Shown: positions 38,654 to 47,581 of the stretch, one piece after another
How the letters are laid out: each line of letters opens with the position of its first letter
Position numbering within the stretch: position 1 is the first letter of the stretch
Source: Isosphaeraceae bacterium
Lineage (GTDB): Bacteria; Planctomycetota; Planctomycetia; Isosphaerales; Isosphaeraceae
Length of the DNA: 64,000 nucleotides
Reading direction: 5' to 3'
NCBI GenBank assembly: GCA_965201075.1
Contig: CBDAVP010000014.1
Coordinates: 124,001 to 188,000 of the forward strand
Notes under the pieces: model-generated
What the model saw: only the letters and a program-made list of their open reading frames with translations
Databases searched by the model: none
Told to the model about the DNA's origin: nothing
Made by a program: the position numbers and the translations under genes

Positions 38654-41600
38654 CTATACATTCGCCATGCGTTCAGGCACGAAGAACGTCACCGCCACGG
38701 GGAACATCCGGGGCTGCGGGTCGGCGAAGCGAGCCCGGATCGCCGCCGCCTCCCTGACGATCTCTTCGGGAATGGCCTGGACCCTCGCACGCAACGAGTC
38801 TACGTTCCGCTCGAACTGCTCCCGCTCGGGCGTGCTGAATAGCTCCAACTGCCGGTACTCGGGCTCGTGCAGTTCGGCCTCGATCGTCCTCAGGAGTTCC
38901 GTCAGGATCGTCGTGATGTTCCCGGCCTCCTTCTCGGCACGCTCGGCCAGCGTCCTCTGCAACCCCGCCGCCCGGTCCCGAATCCGGGCTTCCAGGGCCG
39001 TGGCCAGCGACTCCTGGTGCTTGGGGTACTCCCGCAGGAGGGCCTGCCGCATCGACTCGCCCGGCTGCTCGCCACTGGCCGCCGCCAGGATCTCCTGCAC
39101 CTGCCCCACGTTCAGCCGGGAGAACCGCCCCTCCTTCAGCACGCCGCCGGCCGTGATGATCTCCTCGTGCAGCCGGTGGCTGTCCCCGCCGATCACCACG
39201 AGCCGGGCGTGGGCGACGACGGCCGGGTCCCTCAGCACGCCGTCGGGCACCACTCGGGCGGCGAGCCGGTGCAGCCGCTTGCGGCCCTCCCTCGACCAGA
39301 CCTCGGCCCGCAGGAGCCGCAGTCCCATCTGGACGAGCTTGTGGTTCAGGTGGACCAGCACCACGTCGTCCCGGCCCTGGGCGAGGGCGTGGTCGAAGAC
39401 GATCGGCCTCATGTCTAGGGTGTGGGGGTGGACCAACCCCTCGGTGCATTGACCCCAACTGCCCGAGAGGGCGGGCAGCCGGAACGCCGGGCACTTCGAC
39501 CGCCTCGGGTCGGGCCAGATCCCCGGCACCTGGGCCGGGATCAGGGGCGGCTGTCCCGCCAGTTCCAACGCCACCTCGACGACCTTCTGGACGTTCTCGG
39601 GCGACAGCCGCAGTTCTTTCTGGGTCTCGTGCAGTTGGTCCACGAGGCCCTTGATCTGCTTGGCCAGGTCACGCTCGAACTTCAAGAGCTTGCGGACCGG
39701 CTCGACCTCTCCCTCGGCCCGCCTCGTGTCCAGGCGTGACCTGCGGCCCAGCATCGCCTCCTCGACCTGCTCGGCGATCACCGGCCCGACCTTGCCCAGG
39801 TCCTCACGGATCGCCTCGACCTTCCGCACCGCCCGCATCAGGAACTCCAGGTCGGCCTCCATGTCGCCGACCGGAAGCTCCACCATGCGGCGTTCCCGCT
39901 CCCGGTATCCCTTTCCGACGAAGTGGAAGACCAGCACCTCCTTCGCCTTCTGGCCGTGCCGGTCGATGCGGCCGTTCCGCTGCTCCATGCGGTTGGGGTT
40001 CCAGGGGATCTCGTAGTGGACCAGCCGGTGGCAGTGGTTCTGGAGGTCGATCCCCTCGCTGGCGGCGTCGGTCGCCAGCAGGATGCGGACGTCGCTCTTC
40101 TCGGGGTCCGCCTGGAACGCCGCCTTGACCCGCTCCCGATCCTTCGAGTCCATCCCGCCGTACATCGTCATCAGGCGGTCGTGGCCGGTGAACCCCTCGG
40201 AGGCCAGGATCGTCTGGAGCCAGTTCTGGGTGGCCCGATACTCGGTGAAGAGGATAACCCGCTCGTGCGACCACCGGCCGCCGGGCCGGACGGTCTCGTG
40301 GAGCCAGCGGACCAGTTCCTTGACCTTCGAGTCGCTCCGGGCCGAGGCCCTGGACGCCCACTCCTTCATCCGCTTCAGGAGGGCCAGTTCCTCGTCGGTC
40401 GGCTCGCTGAAGAGCCGGCTGGCGGCATCCACGGCATCGTGGCTGGCTTCCTCGGCCTCGTCGTCGTCGGAGTATTCCTCGTCCACCCGGTCGATCTGCC
40501 GCTGGAGGATGCCCGCCGTGGGCCTGGCCACGCCCCTGGGCTTCCGGGCTTCGTACAGCGACTTCTCGTGCTGGGCCAGGGTGATCTCGAACGCCTTGGG
40601 GCACGAGAACAGCCGCTTCTTGAGGGTCTTCAGGACGAACTCGGTGGCGAACCGCTCGGCCTGGTCGGATGCTTTGGCGGCCCGGAGCTTGGTGTACGCC
40701 TGGAGGGCGGCGTGGATCGCCTTCTCCTCGTCCGTGTAGGCGACCTCCAGGGGCTCCAGGGTCCGCTTCGGGAACCTGGGCGAGCCGTCCCACTTCGGGG
40801 GCAACTCGCTCTTGAGCCGGCGGACCATCACGGCGTTGAGTTGATTCTTGTCCGGCCGGGTGCCTCGGGCGAACCGCTGGTTGTCCAGGAGTTCCAGGAG
40901 GGCCGTGAAGCTCTCGGGGTAGCCGTTGTGCGGCGTGGCGGTCAGGAAGAGCTTGTGCTCGAAGTGCGGGGCCAGGAGCCGGACGGCCTCGGTGCGTTGC
41001 GAGTCGGTGGCGTACTTGCCCCGGCCCGACGGGGCACAGTTGTGGGCCTCGTCCAGGATCAGGACGTCGAAGCGGCGGGGGTAGATCGACTCGCCCTCCT
41101 GGGGCAACGCCTCCCGGAAGAGCCGCAGGGGCCGCTCCCGCTTGAGGAAGTCGATGGACGTGATTAGGCGGGGGAAGTGACCCCACGGGTTGACGTGGAT
41201 GCCCCGGCTCCGACGCAATTCCTTCATCAGGGTGCTATCGACGATGCGGAAGTCGAGGCCGAATTTGTCCCGCATCTGGTCCCGCCACTGGACCTGGAGC
41301 GAGGCCGGGGTGACGACCAGGACCCGCCTGGCCCGGTGCCGGAGGACCAGTTCGAGGACGGTCATCCCCGCCTCGATCGTCTTGCCCAGTCCCACGTCGT
41401 CGGCGATTAGCAGATTGACCCGAGGCATCTGGATGGCCCGGACCACGGGGTCAAGCTGATAGTCCTCAATGTCGATGGCGCTGCGGAAAGGGGCCTGGAT
41501 GTTTCGCATGTCGGCGGACGAGGCGGCCCCCCATCGCACTGCGTCGAGGAAGGCATCGAGTCGCTCCGGGTCGTCGAGTCCGGTCGGCTCGGGCAGGGCG

Positions 41601-41833
41601 ACTTTTTCAAGGACCCTCGCCCCGGGCTCCAGTTCCCAGAAAACCTGCAGTTCCTCGCCGAGGGCGTCATCCTCGATCGAGGCAAGGGTGACGAGGTGCT
41701 GCGGGCCGTGGCCGGGCGTCCGGAGCGGTCCGGGTTCGAGGGCGCTGCGGGCGACCTCGGTAACGACGTACTGGCGCCGCCGGACGGTGACGAGTTGGCC
41801 CTGCTCGGGGGCCGTGGTCGGGGCGTAAGTCAT
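38654..41833 (-). CDS. drmD: DISARM SNF2-like helicase DrmD
   Basis: IEDYQLDP, ADDVGLGKTIEAG, DEAHN, LTATPHNG, TDAASEGIDLQ, MEQRNGRIDR; start MTYAPT at 41833. Confidence 0.93.
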   Translation of the reverse strand: MTYAPTTAPEQGQLVTVRRRQYVVTEVARSALEPGPLRTPGHGPQHLVTLASIEDDALGEELQVFWELEPGARVLEKVALPEPTGLDDPERLDAFLDAVRWGAASSADMRNIQAPFRSAIDIEDYQLDPVVRAIQMPRVNLLIADDVGLGKTIEAGMTVLELVLRHRARRVLVVTPASLQVQWRDQMRDKFGLDFRIVDSTLMKELRRSRGIHVNPWGHFPRLITSIDFLKRERPLRLFREALPQEGESIYPRRFDVLILDEAHNCAPSGRGKYATDSQRTEAVRLLAPHFEHKLFLTATPHNGYPESFTALLELLDNQRFARGTRPDKNQLNAVMVRRLKSELPPKWDGSPRFPKRTLEPLEVAYTDEEKAIHAALQAYTKLRAAKASDQAERFATEFVLKTLKKRLFSCPKAFEITLAQHEKSLYEARKPRGVARPTAGILQRQIDRVDEEYSDDDEAEEASHDAVDAASRLFSEPTDEELALLKRMKEWASRASARSDSKVKELVRWLHETVRPGGRWSHERVILFTEYRATQNWLQTILASEGFTGHDRLMTMYGGMDSKDRERVKAAFQADPEKSDVRILLATDAASEGIDLQNHCHRLVHYEIPWNPNRMEQRNGRIDRHGQKAKEVLVFHFVGKGYRERERRMVELPVGDMEADLEFLMRAVRKVEAIREDLGKVGPVIAEQVEEAMLGRRSRLDTRRAEGEVEPVRKLLKFERDLAKQIKGLVDQLHETQKELRLSPENVQKVVEVALELAGQPPLIPAQVPGIWPDPRRSKCPAFRLPALSGSWGQCTEGLVHPHTLDMRPIVFDHALAQGRDDVVLVHLNHKLVQMGLRLLRAEVWSREGRKRLHRLAARVVPDGVLRDPAVVAHARLVVIGGDSHRLHEEIITAGGVLKEGRFSRLNVGQVQEILAAASGEQPGESMRQALLREYPKHQESLATALEARIRDRAAGLQRTLAERAEKEAGNITTILTELLRTIEAELHEPEYRQLELFSTPEREQFERNVDSLRARVQAIPEEIVREAAAIRARFADPQPRMFPVAVTFFVPERMANV

Positions 41834-42107
41834 CGGTCCCCTTTGAGCTTGCGTCATCAGGGAAGGATCGGCATCGTCCGGCTGGCTGAATGCTTGGATT
41901 CGTCGGACTAATTTAATAGGCACGGTCAGCTAGAGCAAGATAGCGGTCGCTTGTGCGAGTGGGATGCGCACAACCTTCTTGACAAGCCCAACCCCAATGG
42001 CTGCCGAGTGTCGATCCGTTTTACACGCCATCGCCTCGGGACTAGAATGGGCCCGAAGCCGTGACGATCGCCGCCCGAGGGGGCGGCCTCGTCATGGCAG
42101 ACAATCC

Positions 42108-42191
42108 GTGCCGAAGGTTGCGGGTTCGAATCCCGTCTCTTCGCCCCTCCCTCGGGGGCGATGCATAGCTCGAAAGGCAGAGCGTCGGCAT
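42108..42191 (+). ncRNA. Circularly permuted tRNA-like element (YrlA/Y-RNA-like topology)
   Basis: GTGCCGA (42108-14) pairs with TCGGCAT (42185-91); AGGTT, T-arm GCGGG-TTCGAAT-CCCGT, loop-closed acceptor TCGCCCC/GGGGCGA, D-arm TA-GCTC-GAAAGGCA-GAGC-G. Confidence 0.65.
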
Positions 42192-42224
42192 ACCAACCCA
42201 TCGCACGGCGATGAAGGTATGCCC

Positions 42225-42626
42225 ATGCTGCGCCTAGAAGAGACCTCCCGGACCCCACCGCCCCCAGCCTCGCACGGTCGAGACTGCCCGCCGACCCAAG
42301 GTGAGGTGGCCCCCCTCCCCGAGTACATCACACTCGCCGAGGTGACGAGGATCGTCCCCGGCAGGGCGGGCAAACGGGTCGCACTCGTGACCGTCCACCG
42401 CTGGTGCGGCCGGGGATTGCGCAATGGACTGCGGCTGCGGGCCGTCAAGATCGGCGGGAGGCGCTACACCACCCTCGGCTGGGTCCAGGAGTTCATCGAG
42501 GCGTCGAGCCGGGATTCCTGCCCGGCCGTCGAGCCGCCTCCTTCACGGCCTCCGGGCCGGCGGCGGTCCGCCTCGGAGCGGGCCGCCGCCGAGTTGGAGG
42601 CCGCCTGGGGCCGCAAGCGGGAGTGA
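42225..42626 (+). CDS. DUF1580-like HTH protein (putative excisionase/recombination directionality factor)
   Basis: ITLAEVTRIVP...VTVHRWCGRG...LRAVKIGGRRYTT..WVQEFI; GAAGG SD; convergent with integrase. Confidence 0.8.
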   Translation: MLRLEETSRTPPPPASHGRDCPPTQGEVAPLPEYITLAEVTRIVPGRAGKRVALVTVHRWCGRGLRNGLRLRAVKIGGRRYTTLGWVQEFIEASSRDSCPAVEPPPSRPPGRRRSASERAAAELEAAWGRKRE

Positions 42627-42676
42627 GAGGGGGCCGGCGGGCGGCGTCCACGACCGCCCGCCGGCCTGCCCCCGGG

Positions 42677-43936
42677 TCAGCCCATTTCCTTGGCGATCTG
42701 AAGAGCCAGCCTGGCATTCTTCTCGGCGTAGATTTGGGCAGCCTCCACCGTGTCGCCCAGCGAGGCCGCCGCCCCTTCCACGCCATAGGCTTCCCGGATC
42801 TCGGTCGCACGGGTGTGGCGAATTTCAAGCAGGGTCCAGACCGGCACCCCGGCCCGCCGGCACGCCTTGCGGACCGATTGTTGGAAGGTATTGACGTCGT
42901 AGCGCTCCCGGGGGGCACGCTGCGGGTGCGGCCGGGGTGCCCGATGGCGTTCGCTCGGCGTCCGCTTCGTCTTCCTCAGCGCCGCCCGCCGTTCCTGGAA
43001 TTCCGCCCGGACTTCCCGGGGGCTGAAGAGGTAGGCCAGCGGGTCGGGCCGGAGGAAGGGCCGGAGGACCTCCTGGCACCGGGGCCCGAGGTGGATGACC
43101 CGCTTGTGGGCGGGATTGGCCTCCTCCCGCCACTGGTTCTTGTGGCTCGCCGGCCGGTAGAGCCATACCTCGCCCCCGATCGACAGGTCGCAGCCCCGAA
43201 GGGAGACGACGTCTTCCGCCCGGCAATTGCTGTGGCGCATGACCCCAACCATGGCGGCGACGGGGCGGGGCAGGAGCGGGAGGACGGCCTCGACCCGCCC
43301 CCAGTCGATAGGGTGGACGCCGGGGCTCTCCCTCACCCGGAGGAGTTGCCGCCCTCGGGGCGTCTCGACTTCGACCTGCTCGTGCTTTCGGAGCGGGGCC
43401 ACGGCATGGAGATCGACCACCACCTGGCCGGGGATCATCTCGTGGCTCGCCGCCCAACGAAAGACACGGCGCACCCGATTGATGCGGGCGTTGATCGTGC
43501 GGCGGGCGAGCCCGTCCTGGGTCATCCGTTGCTGGACGGCACGCAGAGCCCTCGGGCCGAACTCCAGGGCCGCCGTATGGCCGTAGAGGTCCAGGAGCGG
43601 GACAAGGGCGTCCTTGAAGTTGTCGGCCTCCCCGGTCTCCTCACCGCCGGGGTGACGATAGTAGCGGCGGGCGTGCCGATCGAAGGCCAGGGCGACCTCG
43701 TACAGCGAGAGGTCGGCGTGGACGGGCTCCCGACCGGACATCTCAAGGGGCGGCCCGGACGAGACCTGCCACTCGGCCAGGACCCGCCGGTACTCGTCGT
43801 GGCTCCCGGCGGTCCCGTGGGGGCCGAGAAGGATCGTCTTGTACTTGCCGCCCCCGAGCGGCCAATTGAAGACCGCCTGGCCGGATTGCTTGTGGAGGCA
43901 GTAGGAGGGCGGGGAGCCCTTGCGGCGTCGTCCCAT
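42677..43936 (-). CDS. int: Tyrosine recombinase/integrase
   Basis: PSYCLHKQSGQA N-terminus, RRTINARINRVRRVFRWA, CRAEDV, HKN, IRHT, QIYA; adjacent to tRNA. Confidence 0.92.
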   Translation of the reverse strand: MGRRRKGSPPSYCLHKQSGQAVFNWPLGGGKYKTILLGPHGTAGSHDEYRRVLAEWQVSSGPPLEMSGREPVHADLSLYEVALAFDRHARRYYRHPGGEETGEADNFKDALVPLLDLYGHTAALEFGPRALRAVQQRMTQDGLARRTINARINRVRRVFRWAASHEMIPGQVVVDLHAVAPLRKHEQVEVETPRGRQLLRVRESPGVHPIDWGRVEAVLPLLPRPVAAMVGVMRHSNCRAEDVVSLRGCDLSIGGEVWLYRPASHKNQWREEANPAHKRVIHLGPRCQEVLRPFLRPDPLAYLFSPREVRAEFQERRAALRKTKRTPSERHRAPRPHPQRAPRERYDVNTFQQSVRKACRRAGVPVWTLLEIRHTRATEIREAYGVEGAAASLGDTVEAAQIYAEKNARLALQIAKEMG

Positions 43937-44051
43937 GCGGCGGATTCCTGACGGAATTCGGAAGGCTTCCGAATTCTGGCGGGTCTCGGGCCGCACTCCC
44001 GGACGACGGGAGGTGCGCTTAACTTGCGCTCGGCGAAGGAGTTAACTCAAG

Positions 44052-44123
<72 letters not shown>

Positions 44124-44466
44124 GAGGCGTGACTCCGACTGATCCCAAGACACCAGTTTGGGGAACTCGTGAATCGGGACGGGAGGGATCGCTTTGGGGT
44201 TAGTGTAGAAAACGAGCCGGCGAGTTGCAAGACTCGGGCGACTGTTGGCCCGGGTGGAGGGCCGCGGCCGACTCGTCGCCAGCTTCGAGGTTGGTGGAGT
44301 CGATGGGCCGGGAAGGCGCATGGCTCGAGACTTCGATGACGCGGCCGTCGCACGGTCAACGCAAAGCGGGCGGGAGAGGGCGACGGCATGTCGCGACCAC
44401 CTTGCCCGCCCAGCCCGGTTCTCCGATGGTAGACGGCCATCCCCTCGTCCTCCTCGGGAGGTTTCC

Positions 44467-46428
44467 ATGCGCCGTCGAATCATCGCCCGCTCGCTCGTCC
44501 CGCTGCTCGTGCTGACCGCCGGGGTCGGCCTCGCCGCCGGGGCCGACAAGCCTGACATCCACCCCGAACCTTGCCAGCGCATCGACATGGCGGAATTCCG
44601 GCTGAGTGGGCCGTTTCGCGACGCGTTGGACCGAGTCACCGCGAACTGGCTGCTCCCTGCGCCGGGGGCGAACCCGGCGATCCTGGCGATGTTCGTCGAC
44701 CGCGACCGCCTGCCCCATCGCGACCTCCTCCCCTGGTCGGGCGAATTCGCTGGCAAATATCTCACCGGCGCCACGCAAGTCCTCCACGTCAATGGCGACA
44801 AGGCGTTGCGCCAGCGGCTCGAAACCTTCGTCGCTCAGCTCGTCGCCCTGCAAGACGCCGACGGCTACCTCGGCCCGTTCCCCCGAGGCCATCGACTGAC
44901 CGGCCAGGCCCCCAACATCCAGGGCAAGGACGGGCCGACCTGGGACGCCTGGGGCCACTATCACCTCATGATTGGCCTGCTGATGTGGCACGGGGAGACC
45001 GGCTCTCCCGAGGCGTTGGCCGCGGCGACCCGCATCGGCGACCTGCTCTGCGACCGCTTCCTCGGCGAGGCCAAAAGGCCCCGGCTGGTCGACACCGGCT
45101 GGCCCGAGATGAACCTGGCGCCGGCCCACGCCCTGGTCCTGCTTCACGAGCGGACCGGCATGCCTCGCTACCTGGAACTGGCCCGGCAGATTGTCGGGGA
45201 GTTCGCCGCGACCGACCCTCAAGGCAAACCCCTGGCTGGCGACTACCTGCAACGCGGGCTGGCGGGCGAACCGTTCTACAAGACGCCCAAACCTCGCTGG
45301 GAAAGCCTCCACCCGATCCTCACCCTGGCCGCCCTGCACCGCGACACCGGCGACGACGACGCCCGCGCTGCCTTCAAAAACCTCTGGTGGAGCATCGTCG
45401 AGACCGACCGCCACAACAACGGCGGGTTCTCCTCGGGAGAACAGGCGCAGGGCAACCCGTACCACCCCGGGGCCATCGAGACCTGCTGCACCATTGCCTG
45501 GATGGCCGCCAGCGTCGCCATGCTGGAGCTGACGGCCGACCCGCTCGTGGCCGACGAGTTGGAACTCTCGACTCTGAACTCGGCGATGGGGCTGTGGTCC
45601 CCCTCGGGGCGATGGAGCACCTACAACACGCCGATGGACGGCCAGCGGGTGGCCAGCACCCAGGAGATTGTCTTCCAGGCCCGCCCCGGCTCCCCCGAAC
45701 TGAACTGTTGCAGTGTCAACGCGGCCAGGGGACTTGGGATGGTTGGTGACTGGGCCGTCACCCAAGACGCCCGCGGCCTGTTCCTCAACTGGTACGGCCC
45801 CGGCGAGATTGTCGCCCCCCTGCACTCAGGTCTTTCGGTGAAGCTCTCACAGGAGACCGACTACCCCGCCGGCAACATGGTCCGCCTGCACATCGACCCG
45901 CCGGGCCCGGCTCCGTTCGCCCTGCGACTGCGCGTTCCCCACTGGTCGACCCGGACGGCGGCGACCCTCAACGGCGAGCCAATCGCCAACGTCGCCCCCG
46001 GCCGCTACCTTACCCTGGACCGAACCTGGCAATCCGGCGACGTCGTGACGTTGACCTTCGACTTCACCCCGAAGTTCTGGAACGGCGAACGCGAATGCGA
46101 AGGGCGAACCTCGATCTACCGGGGGCCGCTGCTACTGGCCTACGACCGACGGTTCGACGGCATCGACCCGGCCGACCTGCCGGCCCTGGACGCCCACTCC
46201 GCGACAGGCAAGGTCGTCGGCTGGGGAGGCGCCGGGCCCTTGCCGATGGTGCTGGTCGAGGTCCCCGCCGCCAACGGCCGCACCCTCCACCTGTGCGACT
46301 TCGCCAGCGCCGGGGCCGATGGATCGCCGTACCGCTCCTGGCTCAAGGTCGCCAACGTCGCCCCGACTCCCTTCACTCGCGAGAACCCCCGCCGAGTCGC
46401 TCCAGTCGCTCCCCCGGCTCCAAAATGA
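44467..46428 (+). CDS. Secreted GH127-like glycoside hydrolase (beta-L-arabinofuranosidase family)
   Basis: Signal peptide; GEFAGKYL, QDADGYLG, ETCCTIAW, CCSVNAARG, ETDYP, LRVPHW, RGPLLL. Confidence 0.85.
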   Translation: MRRRIIARSLVPLLVLTAGVGLAAGADKPDIHPEPCQRIDMAEFRLSGPFRDALDRVTANWLLPAPGANPAILAMFVDRDRLPHRDLLPWSGEFAGKYLTGATQVLHVNGDKALRQRLETFVAQLVALQDADGYLGPFPRGHRLTGQAPNIQGKDGPTWDAWGHYHLMIGLLMWHGETGSPEALAAATRIGDLLCDRFLGEAKRPRLVDTGWPEMNLAPAHALVLLHERTGMPRYLELARQIVGEFAATDPQGKPLAGDYLQRGLAGEPFYKTPKPRWESLHPILTLAALHRDTGDDDARAAFKNLWWSIVETDRHNNGGFSSGEQAQGNPYHPGAIETCCTIAWMAASVAMLELTADPLVADELELSTLNSAMGLWSPSGRWSTYNTPMDGQRVASTQEIVFQARPGSPELNCCSVNAARGLGMVGDWAVTQDARGLFLNWYGPGEIVAPLHSGLSVKLSQETDYPAGNMVRLHIDPPGPAPFALRLRVPHWSTRTAATLNGEPIANVAPGRYLTLDRTWQSGDVVTLTFDFTPKFWNGERECEGRTSIYRGPLLLAYDRRFDGIDPADLPALDAHSATGKVVGWGGAGPLPMVLVEVPAANGRTLHLCDFASAGADGSPYRSWLKVANVAPTPFTRENPRRVAPVAPPAPK

Positions 46429-46611
46429 CCGGAACCCGAGGACGGCCCGCGATCTGGGCGGGTCGAATCGACATCAAAAAGGAGATCGAGCGGGAGCGAG
46501 GGGAGGCGAATCGAATCATTTCCGTCACGGGTCACAAGCCGGCCCCACCCGTTCGTCTGTACTGCCGGACGTCCTGCACGGAACATTCAGCCATCATTCG
46601 GAGGAATCACG

Positions 46612-47031
46612 ATGGTCCGGGCACTCTGGACACTCGCGGCGGGGATCGGCTTCGGGGCCCTCGGGATGAACGCGATCCACAATGAGGGCGAGCGAGTCAA
46701 GTCCCTCTCCGAGCGGAATCTCGTTGAGAAGGTGGACGGGAAGGAGGCAAAGGCGTCGGTCGTGGAGGTCACGTTGGAGCCCGGACAGGCTGGCGTTTCC
46801 CACCGCCACCCGGGACCGGTGTTCGGCTACGTCCTGGAAGGCGACTATGAGTTGGGAGTGGATGACCAGCCCGCCAAGGTGCTCAAGGTGGGAGAGACCT
46901 TCTACGAGCCGACCGGCTGCCTGCACCGCGTGTCCAGGAACCCCTCCGCGAAGGGGAAGACCCGTATCCTTGCCGTGCTCCTGGTCCCGAGAGACGCCGA
47001 GCAGATTGCCATCCCGGAGCAGCCGAAGTAA
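46612..47031 (+). CDS. Cupin domain protein
   Basis: HRHPGPVFGYVLEG...GETFYEP...H. Confidence 0.88.
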   Translation: MVRALWTLAAGIGFGALGMNAIHNEGERVKSLSERNLVEKVDGKEAKASVVEVTLEPGQAGVSHRHPGPVFGYVLEGDYELGVDDQPAKVLKVGETFYEPTGCLHRVSRNPSAKGKTRILAVLLVPRDAEQIAIPEQPK

Positions 47032-47365
47032 CGGCGCCGGAGCCGGTCGCCACACGGGGGGCAGCCGTCGGCGACACCGCCCCGGCCCAGTCGCTGAGCC
47101 AGGCGTTCCGGCTGTCTTTGAAACAGGTGAGCGCGACCTCCATGCCCGCGATTGCGGGACCGAGTGAAATGATCAAGAGCCTTATCCCCGGAGCGAATCC
47201 TCGCATCGGCCGACGCGATTCGGGGACTGGCTCGGTCACTCCATGCCTCAGGGGTCAGTCCCGAGTGAAGACCTTGCCAGCGGATCGAGCCGAGGCGGTC
47301 GCGAAGACCCATGATTGGCTCGGACACAGCCCTCGAAGGGCACGCGGTACACGGGGCCTCCACGA

Positions 47366-47581
47366 ATGACCCTCGGCCCGCGACCGCCGGGGGCGCGCTC
47401 CGAGTGGGGTCCCAGCCTCTGCGAAACCTGCCAATGGATGCGGGAGGTCCGAACGCCCCGGGGCTCGCGGTTCCTGCTCTGCCAGCGCTCGGCGACCGAC
47501 CCGCGTTACCCCAAATACCCGCCCCAGCCGGTCGCCGCCTGCCCCGGTCATCAACGGGCCGAGGCGGCGACCGGGGAGTGA
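47366..47581 (+). CDS. Small Cys-rich hypothetical protein
   Basis: LCETC...GSRFLLC...YPKYPPQPVAAC. Confidence 0.6.
   Translation: MTLGPRPPGARSEWGPSLCETCQWMREVRTPRGSRFLLCQRSATDPRYPKYPPQPVAACPGHQRAEAATGE

Larger units (their letters stand above)
1..44051. mobile_element. Integrative genomic island/element at tRNA-Gly 3' end (left end outside window)
   Basis: Tyrosine integrase directly downstream of the tRNA 3' end; DUF1580 HTH, ArdC, ParB-like, Rep-like, ISs and defence cargo to the left; metabolic host-like genes resume right of the tRNA. No second copy of the tRNA 3' end seen in the window. Confidence 0.88.

Noticed and set aside
42108..42191. Functional tRNA gene or the island's second att site
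   Set aside because: Arms are permuted with no anticodon loop or CCA end; it is inverted relative to tRNA-Gly and shares only the T-arm core.
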